Both the position numbers and the translations under genes were made by a program. Under the pieces are notes generated by a model, which made no database searches, was not told the origin of the DNA, and saw nothing but the letters and a program-made list of their open reading frames with translations. Below are positions 11,356 through 22,422 of a stretch of DNA of 64,000 nucleotides, piece by piece; position 1 is the stretch's first letter; each line of letters starts with the position of its first letter. Source of the DNA: Tubiluchus corallicola (Eukaryota; Animalia; Priapulida); NCBI GenBank assembly GCA_030141605.1, contig JAQGDQ010000082.1, positions 248,001 through 312,000 of the forward strand, written 5' to 3'.

Positions 11356-12127
11356 TTTGACCGAACTCTTAAAATTCTGATGAAATATCTTGAACACTGC
11401 TTATGCTGCACCGGTCTCATGCAAGACGGCTTAAGTGGTAATGACATGAGTAGATTATTGTTCCAAAATTCATTGTAAGATTATGGGTATTATGAATCAC
11501 AAAGTAGTAAATTGAATGCTGTTTAAACTTTTTAAAAATATTTGAAAGACTATTCTAAAATCTCAGATCTTTTGGATCACTCTGTGTAAAAGTACTTTTG
11601 TAAATGTTTAGTTTCCGTATTTGAAGTAAATGAAGTTGTATTAGTCTGAATGCGGTGTCTAGTAGACTGTCCAGTAGTGCCGTTACTAACAAATATTTTC
11701 AGTAATTACCAATTCAAGCATTTGCAGAAAGGATTAAGACTTGAACTTAATTACTTACTTCTATCATTTGTCTTAGTTAAAGCATGATGTTCGTGATTTG
11801 AAGTTAAATATTTATGTTTGTGTGAGTGAGTGAAATAACTGGTGGAGATTTTCTGACGCACTTATAAGTTCACATTGAAATGACCTGTTACGACCGTCGC
11901 TAAATCTTAGTGTAACATTACATGTACTTTCGTGAACATTTTCATTTTAATAATTTATTGAGTAATCATATATAAGAATAACACAAATATAGTTAAAAAT
12001 TACACAAAACTTAAGAAAATAAAAAACTGATTCACAGCAAATGTGTCACAGCTAGAAAAATGTAAATAGTGCTATTTGATTAAATTTATTTTAGGTTTGT
12101 CCTAAATTGCAAAATACTTTGATGTCT

Positions 12128-12967
12128 CTATTTGAGAGTAATATATGACGGTGCAGTTTTCTGAGCTTTTGCGTAGTAATAAAATTGCTCGTCTTGAATC
12201 CAATCCAAATAGTTATCTACCCTAGTACATATTGTTGGACCATCGCAATTTGGGCCAGTATGACTAATGATTCCAATTACTTCTCCAGTTTCAAGCAACG
12301 TCATTGGACCTCCAGAATCTCCTACACAGGCACCACCATAAGATTCGTTTGTTCGGATGGTGAGATGGGAGGCTAAAGTCACTGGTGAAGTCACTTTCTG
12401 AAGTTTCCTTACTGGCTCTGGATCTGGTTTGATATTGAGTTTGCTAGTCCTACCCCAGCCTGTGAGTGCTACCATTTTGCCTTTGTACTCTCCCTTGTTG
12501 CATACTGGTAAAATAGCAGGTCCACAGGTGCCAATGTTGTCACAATTGATTCCCTGGTTTAGTTTAACAAGAGCAATGTCATGAAGGAGAGATTCTCCAT
12601 TGTACTTAGGATGTGTTACATAATCTTCAACCCATCGATATCGAACAGTTTTTCCACGTTCAACGCTACCAATGAAAACTTTTACGGTTTTCCCTTTCGT
12701 ATTGGGTGATATAGTTTGGAGAAAGCAATGTGCAGCTGATAAAAACCACTCATCGTTGATAAGTACCCCTCCACAACTGATTCTTTTATCAAAATCAACC
12801 ATAACGTGGTATGGAAATTCTCCTAGTCCGGCGTCTACGCCACCTATAATTCTCGGAGATATATCTATATCCGGAAAAGGAATTTTTCTTGACTGGCACA
12901 CCATGAACCACGTAACAAGCATGAGTAGACCTAACACACGACGAATGTAGTCACTCATGTTTCCCAT
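12128..12967 (-). CDS. S1A serine protease, type B copy 4
   Basis: Signal peptide, SPR|IIGG, triad. ATG at 12967 (alternative 12958). Confidence 0.92.
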   Translation of the reverse strand: MGNMSDYIRRVLGLLMLVTWFMVCQSRKIPFPDIDISPRIIGGVDAGLGEFPYHVMVDFDKRISCGGVLINDEWFLSAAHCFLQTISPNTKGKTVKVFIGSVERGKTVRYRWVEDYVTHPKYNGESLLHDIALVKLNQGINCDNIGTCGPAILPVCNKGEYKGKMVALTGWGRTSKLNIKPDPEPVRKLQKVTSPVTLASHLTIRTNESYGGACVGDSGGPMTLLETGEVIGIISHTGPNCDGPTICTRVDNYLDWIQDEQFYYYAKAQKTAPSYITLK

Positions 12968-14350
12968 ATTCTTAAAATAGAGACAAAAAATCTTGAACAC
13001 CAATCACGCTGAGCTGTTTTAGCGTTTTTGTATTGTGTTAGTGCCAATTCTCAATAAATGCCTTTATATGTTTCATAAATAAATGAGCACAGCGCCGCAG
13101 GTTAGCAAGTACACCTGATTCAAAATTTAATGATTGTCCACATTATGAGTCACAATGTAGCAAGCTGAATGCTGTTTAAACTTTTTTGTTATACAGAAAC
13201 TTGATTATGTTATGTAAACAGATAAATAGAATGTCTTAAGTCTCTAAGGAACAAATTGAAATATTAGCAAGAAAATAATCAAATTCGGTCCAGGCTAAGA
13301 AAAAGTTCATATGGTTAACATTGTCATACGACCATAAACTTCCTACCCATTATTTCCATTGCCAGTCTGGGTCAATGGCTACAAGAGTAAATAACTTTCT
13401 GTGTATCTTTTTAGCTCGAATAGAATTAAAGTTGGTATTAGTTCCAGAGTCAATTAAACTTGCAGTAATGTTGAGAAGCCTTGAAAAGGTTCTTGTTTGT
13501 TCATTCGTTCGCTTGTTCATTTGTTGTTTTGTTGTTGTTTTGATGTTGAATATACTGTAGATCCTATTGAGCTTCTTTATTGACTAACGTTGTCAAGTGT
13601 TCTTGACAATGTTGTGCACCGTAACGCGTACCTGGCTAACGCTACGGACAGTAAAACATTATAACAAAGATGACTAACGTGCAGAACATAATCAGTCGTA
13701 ATGACTAACGTGCTATAATATAATTTATTGCTTGAATAATGCTGTTTTTTTTATAAATTAGAGGGTGCAACGTAGCTGACTTACGTCTAGGCTAGATTAG
13801 CATTAATAATGATATCAGATTTCCAAATTTCGTATGAATTACTTGCATGTTTTGTGAGTTATAAGTGACAATGATGCATGTTCAAATATTTATTATAGAT
13901 GCATAAATGTGATTATTCTAGATGGATACACATAAGTGGAATGTGCTACGGTACTAACAAACAAATTATAAGAGCTGATCCACTTCAAATAGTAAAATAA
14001 CAGAACCCGGATCAATGATGTACTACTCTCCCAACTCTTAATTCTTATAGAATTAGCCCCAGGCTATAATCCATTTCTCTACTATATTGTCATTCTGGAC
14101 ATGGTTCAGTTTTTGTTTCTTGTGGAAAAAGTATGTACCAAAAAAGTTTCCTGTACATTGATAGATAAAGATAACCATTGTGATAGTGGAAAAGAGAAAG
14201 AGAAATCTCTGGTGACAAGAATTCCAATAAAAGACAAAAAATAGGAGTCTAATATGTAGCCAAAATGCCAAGAAGTAAACCGAAACAAGTAGAGGAAAAA
14301 GAAGAAAATGAGTTCAAAATTCAAAGAATCCTTAACTGATACTCTAATAA

Positions 14351-14421
14351 CCGGGATGGGTTACCCTGACAGTCATCCACCCATTGCTGACCAGACACGA
14401 TGCTGTTTAACTTTTTAATCT
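14351..14421 (-). mobile_element. Degenerate 5S rRNA-derived fragment (SINE3 head or 5S pseudogene)
   Basis: Reverse complement aagttaaacagcatcgtgtctggtcagcaatgggtggatgactg resembles the 5S internal control region (AAGYTAAGCA...GCCTGGTTAGTACTTGGATGGGWGACC). Confidence 0.5.
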
Positions 14422-15073
14422 AGCACCGTGACCATTATATATATATATAAAATATATAAATGTTGAAAAACGTATCCCAAAGACAGATAATGAGTGTTTG
14501 TTTATATAAAAATATACACTGTTTTGGTAAATGCGTCTGGTGCAAGCTAAACTATAAGTGCAACTAAAAGATAAACTACGAAAAGATAGACTAATTGTAA
14601 AATTTCGTATCCACGGCGACTTTAGAACTCTCTCCTCCAGGCTGTGATGCTACATTTTCTACATCATACCGCCAATCCCAAGTCTATGGTAAGCTACTGA
14701 GCCTACACTCAGCAAGGAATCATTGCACGATGCAGATTCATCAGAATAATCGGCCATGCAAATTACTATCATCGCAGAGACTTTCGCAAAATTTCTCGAG
14801 TTTGCTAAATTAGGCAAATTAAGTTGCATGTTAGGCAGAAGCTTGCAGCGTGTTGTAGCAATTACGACTAATGGCTGAAACGCTTAGAGTGGAAATAAAA
14901 TTTGTTTGATTCGTGGATTTTTAAGGTATTATATCTCGTTTAAATCATTTCGTGTATAAGAGTAGCCTCTTAAATTGTGCGACATTGATGGTTCCGCAAA
15001 TTAAGATGAATTAGCCGTAAGAGACAATTTGTGTGGAATTAAAGACTGCAACGTCTTCCCTCGTTCTGTCTAT

Positions 15074-15845
15074 CTGAATGCAGCAATAATCTTGCCACTA
15101 TTGTCTGTGTTTATCCTCAAATAAATTGACAGACGCGGGGAACAGTTGACCGTGCCTACCGTGACCAATAGGTAGTTACCCCTAAAGTTAAGCAACGCCG
15201 AGCTTGGCCAGCAAGCAGTTGGGTGATAAGCACCAGAAAAACAAAAGGAAGGTATGCATGCAGTGTCAACAAGAGAGCCATCTCCAGAGTGCCTGTTTTA
15301 ACAGATACTTAAATTTTCGAAAAATTCTTGTGAATCGTAGCTTCTGTATTGCCTTTAACTGAAGAAAACAAACACTTTTTACGCAGTGATTGTCACAAAT
15401 GTTTACTGGTTTAGTCTAGAAATGGTTTTTCATCAGCAAAATTCTGCATGTGGTGTTTACTGAAGAAGAACACTTCTCAAAGTTTACTAAAACTTTGTAC
15501 CAGAAAGTTACAAAATTGAACAGACTCAGGACTCAGTTTTAGAAGCAGGTTGAAATTGTATGAATTTCAAATGATTTTGATCACTAAACTATTTAACAGC
15601 AAACCGTTTTAATTGCAGGATTCGAACTGTTTTGGTACAAAGTTGACTTTCTACATGAATGTAGCAAAAATCTTACCACTATTGTCTGTGTTTAGGTATT
15701 TATCCTCCTCAATAGCTGCGGGGAACAGCTGACCGTGCCAATCGTCGTCAATGTCAGATGATGTTGATCACTAAAACCATTTAACAGCATATCGTTTTAA
15801 TTGCACAACTCAAACTGTGCTAGTACGAAGTTGACTTTCTACCTG
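15074..15845. repeat. Diverged local tandem duplication (A-insert-B-A'-B')
   Basis: 15074-15170 resembles 15655-15753, and 15571-15657 resembles 15758-15845. Confidence 0.75.
15184..15226 (+). mobile_element. Degenerate 5S rRNA-derived fragment
   Basis: aaagttaagcaacgccgagcttggccagcaagcagttgggtga matches the 5S box A / intermediate element / box C region. Confidence 0.5.
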
Positions 15846-17293
15846 TTTCGTGTCCCATTAACACAATGAATTCATTTTTCGATTCGAGGCATAAATTTTC
15901 CCTCGTTTTCCAGTTGATACTCAGTCCTCAGTTGATACTTTTACGTCCGCGCATGGGACTGAAATGAAATTACTGGGATTCAGATGTTGTTGTTACCAAC
16001 ATTTTTATGTATTTAGCGATTTTCATCATGTCCCGATAAGCGATGGGTGGATGCCTGCCTATCCGATGACTACCGTCATTACGACGGCTCGTTTTCTATC
16101 AGTTCACTCATCTCATCAAAAGTTTTTTTTCAGAAAAATAAAATTTTGAAAAATCGTGGACAGGCAGCGTTCGGAAAATGTTTAACAGTTTTTTACAACT
16201 AGTGATGACTGATCGTCAATCAGTCACGATCAATTAAGCCTATTCATTGTCAATTTGGTTTAATTGTGCGCATGAATTTTTGCTGATTTTATTAAAATCT
16301 AATAATTTGTTTGAAACCTCGGAAAATGCTCCATATATTTCGTTCGGGCGCCCAGCTTCAGCTCTGGATCCAAACTTTTAGCGTTTTTGGCACCTTGTGG
16401 ACTTTGCCAGTTGTCCATCATCGTCCATTATTTTATCTGCCTGCTATTCATCTGGTGTTTGGGTTTGAAAAAATCTGACAAGCGATTGTAACTTGTTCAC
16501 AGAAGGTCTGAAATAGAACTCTAGCTTTTTTCACTTATTTGAAGTAATAAAATAAAATTACAGCGTGCTGACCAGTCTGTATTACTATTTTGACTAAATA
16601 ATATTTTTGCACTAAAAGTTTCTATATGTATATCTGCATTATATATTCAGCATAATTCTATTAATCTGCTTGTGAAATATAGATCTACGAATCAGTAGTG
16701 CTTCTCAGAAACTGCTAATTAATTTTGCTCGATGCGTTAGTATTAAAAAGCATGGATGCTTGACCGATATTAATTAGCATCCAGTAAATGGTTATTTCCG
16801 CCATGATTACTGATTGCTGTGACAATTATTGTGTCCTGAGCGTTTCCTATGTTATTAGTATTTCGCGCTGGGCCCCAAGGAGCCAAAAAGAAGCCACTGC
16901 TTAGAAGTTAGAACTAGAAAGAATGCAGGTTCTACATGTGGTTAGTGCAGTGAGTTGAATTAGCTCTTTAATTAAATAGCCTAATATATCAACCGTTGCG
17001 TAGCCTAATACCAAGAACGTCTCATTTATCATTAAGGGCAGATAAAATGAACGGGTCTTATTGGCTATTAAGGGTTGCTTTGGCATTTATTATTTTATTG
17101 ACAAATTTTACTATTTTTTGTTTCCCTTTGTTTTTCCTTTGTGTTTAATAACAAGTGCAACAAGATTTTAATAGGGTTTAATCAGTATAAACCTCAAAGC
17201 CTTCTGGTAATACTTTCGTCTTCCCGCGACACGCTGTTTTACGTAAGTCCTATTCCTATTATGTATCTTAGAAGGAAGGTTGTGTAATAAATT

Positions 17294-17498
17294 AATGAAC
17301 GAATGAATGAATGAATAAATAAATAAATAAATGAATGAATGAATGAATGAATGAATGAATGAATGAATGAATGAATGAATGAATGAATGAATGAATGAGT
17401 GAATGAATGAATGAATGAATGAATGAATGAATGAATGAATGAATGAATGAATGAATGAATGAATGAATGAACGAACGAACGAACGAATGAATGAACGA
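17294..17498. repeat. (GAAT)n microsatellite
   Basis: Directly visible, with AAAT and GAAC variants. Confidence 0.97.
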
Positions 17499-20400
17499 AA
17501 GCTGTGCAGTGCTAAACTTTTCGAAAATAAATTAATGCAATTATCACCAATACTTCGTCGAAAGTCATGGGTAAAGAGCTATTGCATCATTTGCTCATGA
17601 CCTAAACGATGGGCCAAGGACATTGTTGTATAGGCCTATTTAATGTCCTCAACATCATGGTTTTTGTCTTGCAAATGTGCTTTATCCGATTTTTAATTAT
17701 AAAACAATTATGCATCAAATCTAACACAATAATTGTTACTACAGTGAGACTACGTTAATTTAGTTATGTAATTTCTAGATTAAGTGCGCAGTGAAATGAC
17801 TGCTCGTTTGTGAACGTTCACTAATGGAACCTCGCGTTTGTCGGCTAGTTATATAAATGAACATCATCAACACTATAATCACCTGACTTAAAACAACACG
17901 CTTACATGTAGGAACAAACGACCACCGCTCCAACCAGTCAGCAACTCACAAGATTTTTGATTCAACAAAAAGACTCTCTATTAAAGAGAAAACTGGGGAG
18001 ACATCCTTGGCATTTTGTGTTCTCATTTCACACAAGTCAAACCGTTTAGTGCTGTACGACAAAAGAGGCGATAATTGCCTTTGCTAGCCGAGAATTTCCG
18101 CGCAAAATAGTTGAAAAATGCCGGGCAAAGTTTTGCTAAATGAAAGCATGTTATATTTCAGACATTAATTTCGGTGATTTCATAATCTAGCAAAATTTGG
18201 CAGAAAATTAATACTGCTTAACTAGTTCAACTTTTTCACAGTAATTCAGATAAAATCTAATGATAATGAATTTGTCAATCACGCGCGTTGTCTAATTTCG
18301 AGTAAATGTTCTTCAAGGGCTCTGCAGCTTAATATGCAGCATAGTGATTCACTAATTAATGTTTGATTTCCTTTTAGACTGCTTAATTAATGCAGACTAG
18401 TTACTCACTGGCTCGTGATAATCATGCATAACCGACGGCAGGCATTAGGACTGTAGATTGTAATTTATTGGATGAATATAGTTCACCCTCCATATCTGCA
18501 TTGCTCACATTGTCCATTTCTAAAAAGCTTTTAGCGAAAACGTTTCTTTTGTAAAATTAAAAATACATTTGCGAATAAATTCTTCTGGCAAAAAGGCTGT
18601 TGCCTAGAAGGGGTCGTGCCTCATTCGATACGGCAATAATAGTCGAGTAGTTCTCATTAATACCGCTGAAGCCACATTTTAAGTTTGAATAAAAACGTGC
18701 AATTATTATTTAACCCTTGCTGTCTCATGTCAAGTAGTTACACCTCTTTGGTATAAGACATAATCGATAAGTAAGTTAGTTTCATCTGCGTACGCTCATA
18801 TTACACATTAGTTATTCATAAGCAAGCTAAAGAAATTTAGAAACATCCACTGTAATCTCTGTATCGACGTCTGAAGCTACAAGGTACCCCTTTCCTTGGA
18901 ATAGGGTTAAAATCAAGAGAGGCATTTACATGTATTTGAAGCCTGTTCGATTTCGTTTCATTGTGATACATTGATCTGGTTAACATGCTATGTTGTAGTT
19001 TGGTTAGTGAGTAACCATTGTAATGGATAACCTTCTATGACAGGTCTGAATAATACATAGGGATTAATGAAGAAAGATCCAACATTCGCGAAAACTGAAG
19101 GTAAACTCAACGGGAAATAAATTTTTCTATTGATTAGTCCCTGGGGATTATTCGAAGGCCATATCCAGTCCTAGCTTCCTTGAGCGACACGAAAATTCAT
19201 TTATTTCATTCAATGTCTTCAATCCGTAACACATCATTAAAATAAATGGATTTACAATATCAGACGCAATATACAGGTACATGGTATAATACAGATAATA
19301 TACAGATATCAACAATATAATATTGATGAAAGTATTGTGGCGGGTCGCAGGATTAAACCGTCACGGGCTTCGTGAAAATGTAGTATATTGAATGTAAAAT
19401 TGCGTGGGCCAATCAGAGCTCAGTTTTCTAGGCCAATTTTCTCGAGCGTGTAGCCTGTTCTCCTAGATACGAGGGCAGTGCGTTCTCGGCCATGTTCGGC
19501 TTCGGTTTCATTTTGTTTTTCTCTTCTTGGTTGCTATTATTAAGTCAGTCGTGATTCAGTAATTTTTGGTTTAACCCCTTGGTTTGCATTTCGACTCAAC
19601 GCGTAAGTGTCGGCTAAGCTGTTGCTGAGTGTTTCATTTTACTGTTTTTCTTTCTTTTCTTTTTTTTATAATTTTCTTTAGTTAATTATGAATCCTCGCT
19701 ATCATAGACTGCATCAAAGTATTATATACACAAGAGAAAAAACTTAATTAAATAAACGACACTATAAAATTATAATCGCTGCAAACTAATAATGATGCTG
19801 TTTTTTAATAATTATTATAAGAAAGAAATGCACTCTATATATTTATAATTAAAAGGAATTAAGAAGCAGCCATTGCACTACGAACAAACACTTTGAGTAA
19901 ACACGTACGTTATATAATATCAACTATTATTGTGGAAACACAAAGTACTTCATTTTAATCATATAACAACATTGTCCCACTAAATCTCATAGCTATTTTA
20001 AATATTTCAGGCGCAAGTATGAGTTTATAACTGTAGTCCCTTTACAGCAGTTAACCATAACTCTAATAAATCAATGCATGACGGTTGTCATTGCTCGTTT
20101 TAAGAGTTTATGCTTAATTTCTTACAATCGGGGTAAAATTACAAAAATAAATGTTGAATATGATTGGCAGCAGAACAACAAACAGCGAAAAATGTTGAAA
20201 TTCTTGCAGTCAGTAGCAGTATGATAAATAAACAGGCTCACTGTCAGATGATAGCCGATATATTCATTTTTCAACAATATTTTTTCAAACTCAACGTTAA
20301 ATCAGTTAATCCAAAACAATAAAAGACATCTATTGGCGTCAAGTTGTTTGATGCGAGTGGATGCATGTCTGTCTTTGATCTTTTTAACCTTCAAATTTTA

Positions 20401-20567
20401 ACGCAGAAGAAGCTTAAATTTACTTCTGCAATAGACTTGGTGCCTCGTTTTTAGTTAGTGAATGTGAAAATTAGTTAAAATCACTGCTCAATCACGTTAA
20501 ACCTTTTCGTTTATTATACTTCCATTTATGCATTTGTTAATTGTTCTAACCAACGGTAGTCTTTTAA

Positions 20568-20818
20568 AACAACAACAACAACAACAACAACTGCAGCAGC
20601 AGCAGTAGCAATAACAGCAGCAACGACAAAAACAGCAGCAGCAGCAATAACAACAACGACGACGACGACAACAACAACAACAATAACTGCAGCAGCAGCA
20701 ATAGCAATAACAGCAGCAGCGACGACGACGACGACGATGACGACAGCAGCAGCAGCAGCAGTAGCAACAACAGCAGCAACAACAAAAACAGTAGCAATAA
20801 CAGCAACAACATCAACAG
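20568..20818. repeat. Compound trinucleotide microsatellite (CAA/CAG/GAC)n
   Basis: Directly visible. It explains the low-complexity ORFs at 20526-20876. Confidence 0.95.
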
Positions 20819-22083
20819 GATAGTAGCTGCAAGAAAGGCCCCCCACTTTGAGTGGATAACCAGATAGCAACGTCATAGGATATAAACTGGAGATCAGACA
20901 AGAATAATGAGCACGCTATCGGCCGCCAGGGAACGCTAATATCGACAATCCGTGATCGTCAACGAAATTGTGGTGATTACGCCATCATGAAAAATTGCCT
21001 TTTCTTTCACTAGTGCATTTACCGACAGCAAAGAAATGAAAAGATCGTTTGTTAACAGCCGTTATATCTCTGCGATAAGCAGGGGAAAAGAAACAAGTCC
21101 ACATCGCTGCATCTAAGTCCAGATAAATTACTAGTAAGTAGTAAGATAAGCCTACTCGTTGACCTAGTAGTAGTTGTAATAATATTCCAACAGAAATTAG
21201 TCAAGCTCAGTCTCTCTACAGTATCAAAAAGAAATTCAAAATGTTATTTATTTTCGTATTACTAATGACAAACAATATTTTATAAAGCAATCTACTACCA
21301 AACTACAAAGTGACAGCATTCCAACGAAACAAACCCCCAAAAAAGCTTATTAGCATAAAATTATCATACGATTTTATTTACTTTTGAATATCGTTATAGA
21401 GGACAGTTTTAGTTCTACGAACCCACTACTAACCCACTGTACCTGTTCTTCCCTCTAACCAATAATATTTCTGGTCTTTTGTTTGCCTAACCCTTTGCCA
21501 CTTCTCTCCAGAATGCTCAAGGTCCTCTTTAATTCTGGCAGGCAAGCGAAATATTATTCTTTCTTTTGCTATTGTGTAGAAATTGAGTGTATTTTTTGAT
21601 AAATTTTGTAATAAAATTTTGTTTGATGTGGAAATAAATATTGCATTACATTACACTACGTCATTGGCTAACCGTAACTAGCTAAATAATAATGTAACTT
21701 GTCGTTTTGATCTGGATTGCTTGCAGCTTGTAGTACTTGGTATTTTGGCATCAAAAGTGGTTATCTTTACTCTCTTTTTATTTTATCAACAATTAAATCT
21801 GCTTTCGTTGAGGTAGATTATATCTTTACTGAAAAAAAACACGAATTAAAATCACTCGTCTCAAAATAGGTAGATCTTGTAAAATAAAAAATATAATAAT
21901 ACTGTGCCGAACAAGTACTTCTGCACTACCAATCACATAAAAGGGTTTGTTGAGACATCAAAGAATTTGACAATTTAGGAAGGAATCGGGCAATCTAAAT
22001 AAACAGCAATAAAAACAAAGAAGTGTTACACTACTAGTTTTGGCACGAAGTTATTTTCCGTCATGTAAATGAATTACAACGGG

Positions 22084-22422
22084 CAGGCTTGGGTAAAGTA
22101 AACATGTGCTTAGGGCTTCAGAGGAAGAGGGGACACACACAGTTTTTCAAATTAGGCTATTCAACAGTAAAATATACCTAAATATGATTGACGGCAGTTA
22201 TGCTGTAGGCCTATTCCTTTATAAGATTTAAGGTCGTGTCTGTATTTTTAATCTAATATCTCTTTTTACGCAATGTAAAGGTGATATCCTAGCATTTTTT
22301 CATTTCGAAAGATAAGATTTCATTTTACAGTTTAGTATTGTTTTTATTCTGAGTTACACATATATAGGCATTCCATAATCTTTTCAGCGCTTAGGGCTTC
22401 TTGAGGACTTAATCCGACCCTG
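22084..22422. mobile_element. hAT-like MITE
   Basis: CAGG...CCTG termini with an imperfect 15-bp TIR (caggcttgggtaaag / cttaatccgaccctg). 8-bp TSD acaacggg/acaacggt. Confidence 0.6.

Larger units (their letters stand above)
1..13540. repeat. Tandem segmental duplication array carrying the protease genes
   Basis: 1-1490 recurs about 3197 bp later. Spacer 2068-2947 recurs at 6445-7324 and, with a deletion, at 11398-12127. Spacer 626-1209 recurs at 3824-4406, 8186-8770 and 13004-13540. Confidence 0.95.

Noticed and set aside
294-12950. Plus-strand ORFs antisense to the proteases (e.g. 294-572, 1393-1626, 5830-6102, 7854-8132)
   Set aside because: Shadow frames of the real minus-strand genes.
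17906-17977. Possible minus-strand exon (ag...RVFLLNQKSCELLTGWSGGRLFLH...gtaag)
   Set aside because: Plausible splice signals, but no recognisable homology or partner exons.
20526-20876. Poly-Val/Ala and poly-Leu ORFs
   Set aside because: Translations of a trinucleotide microsatellite.
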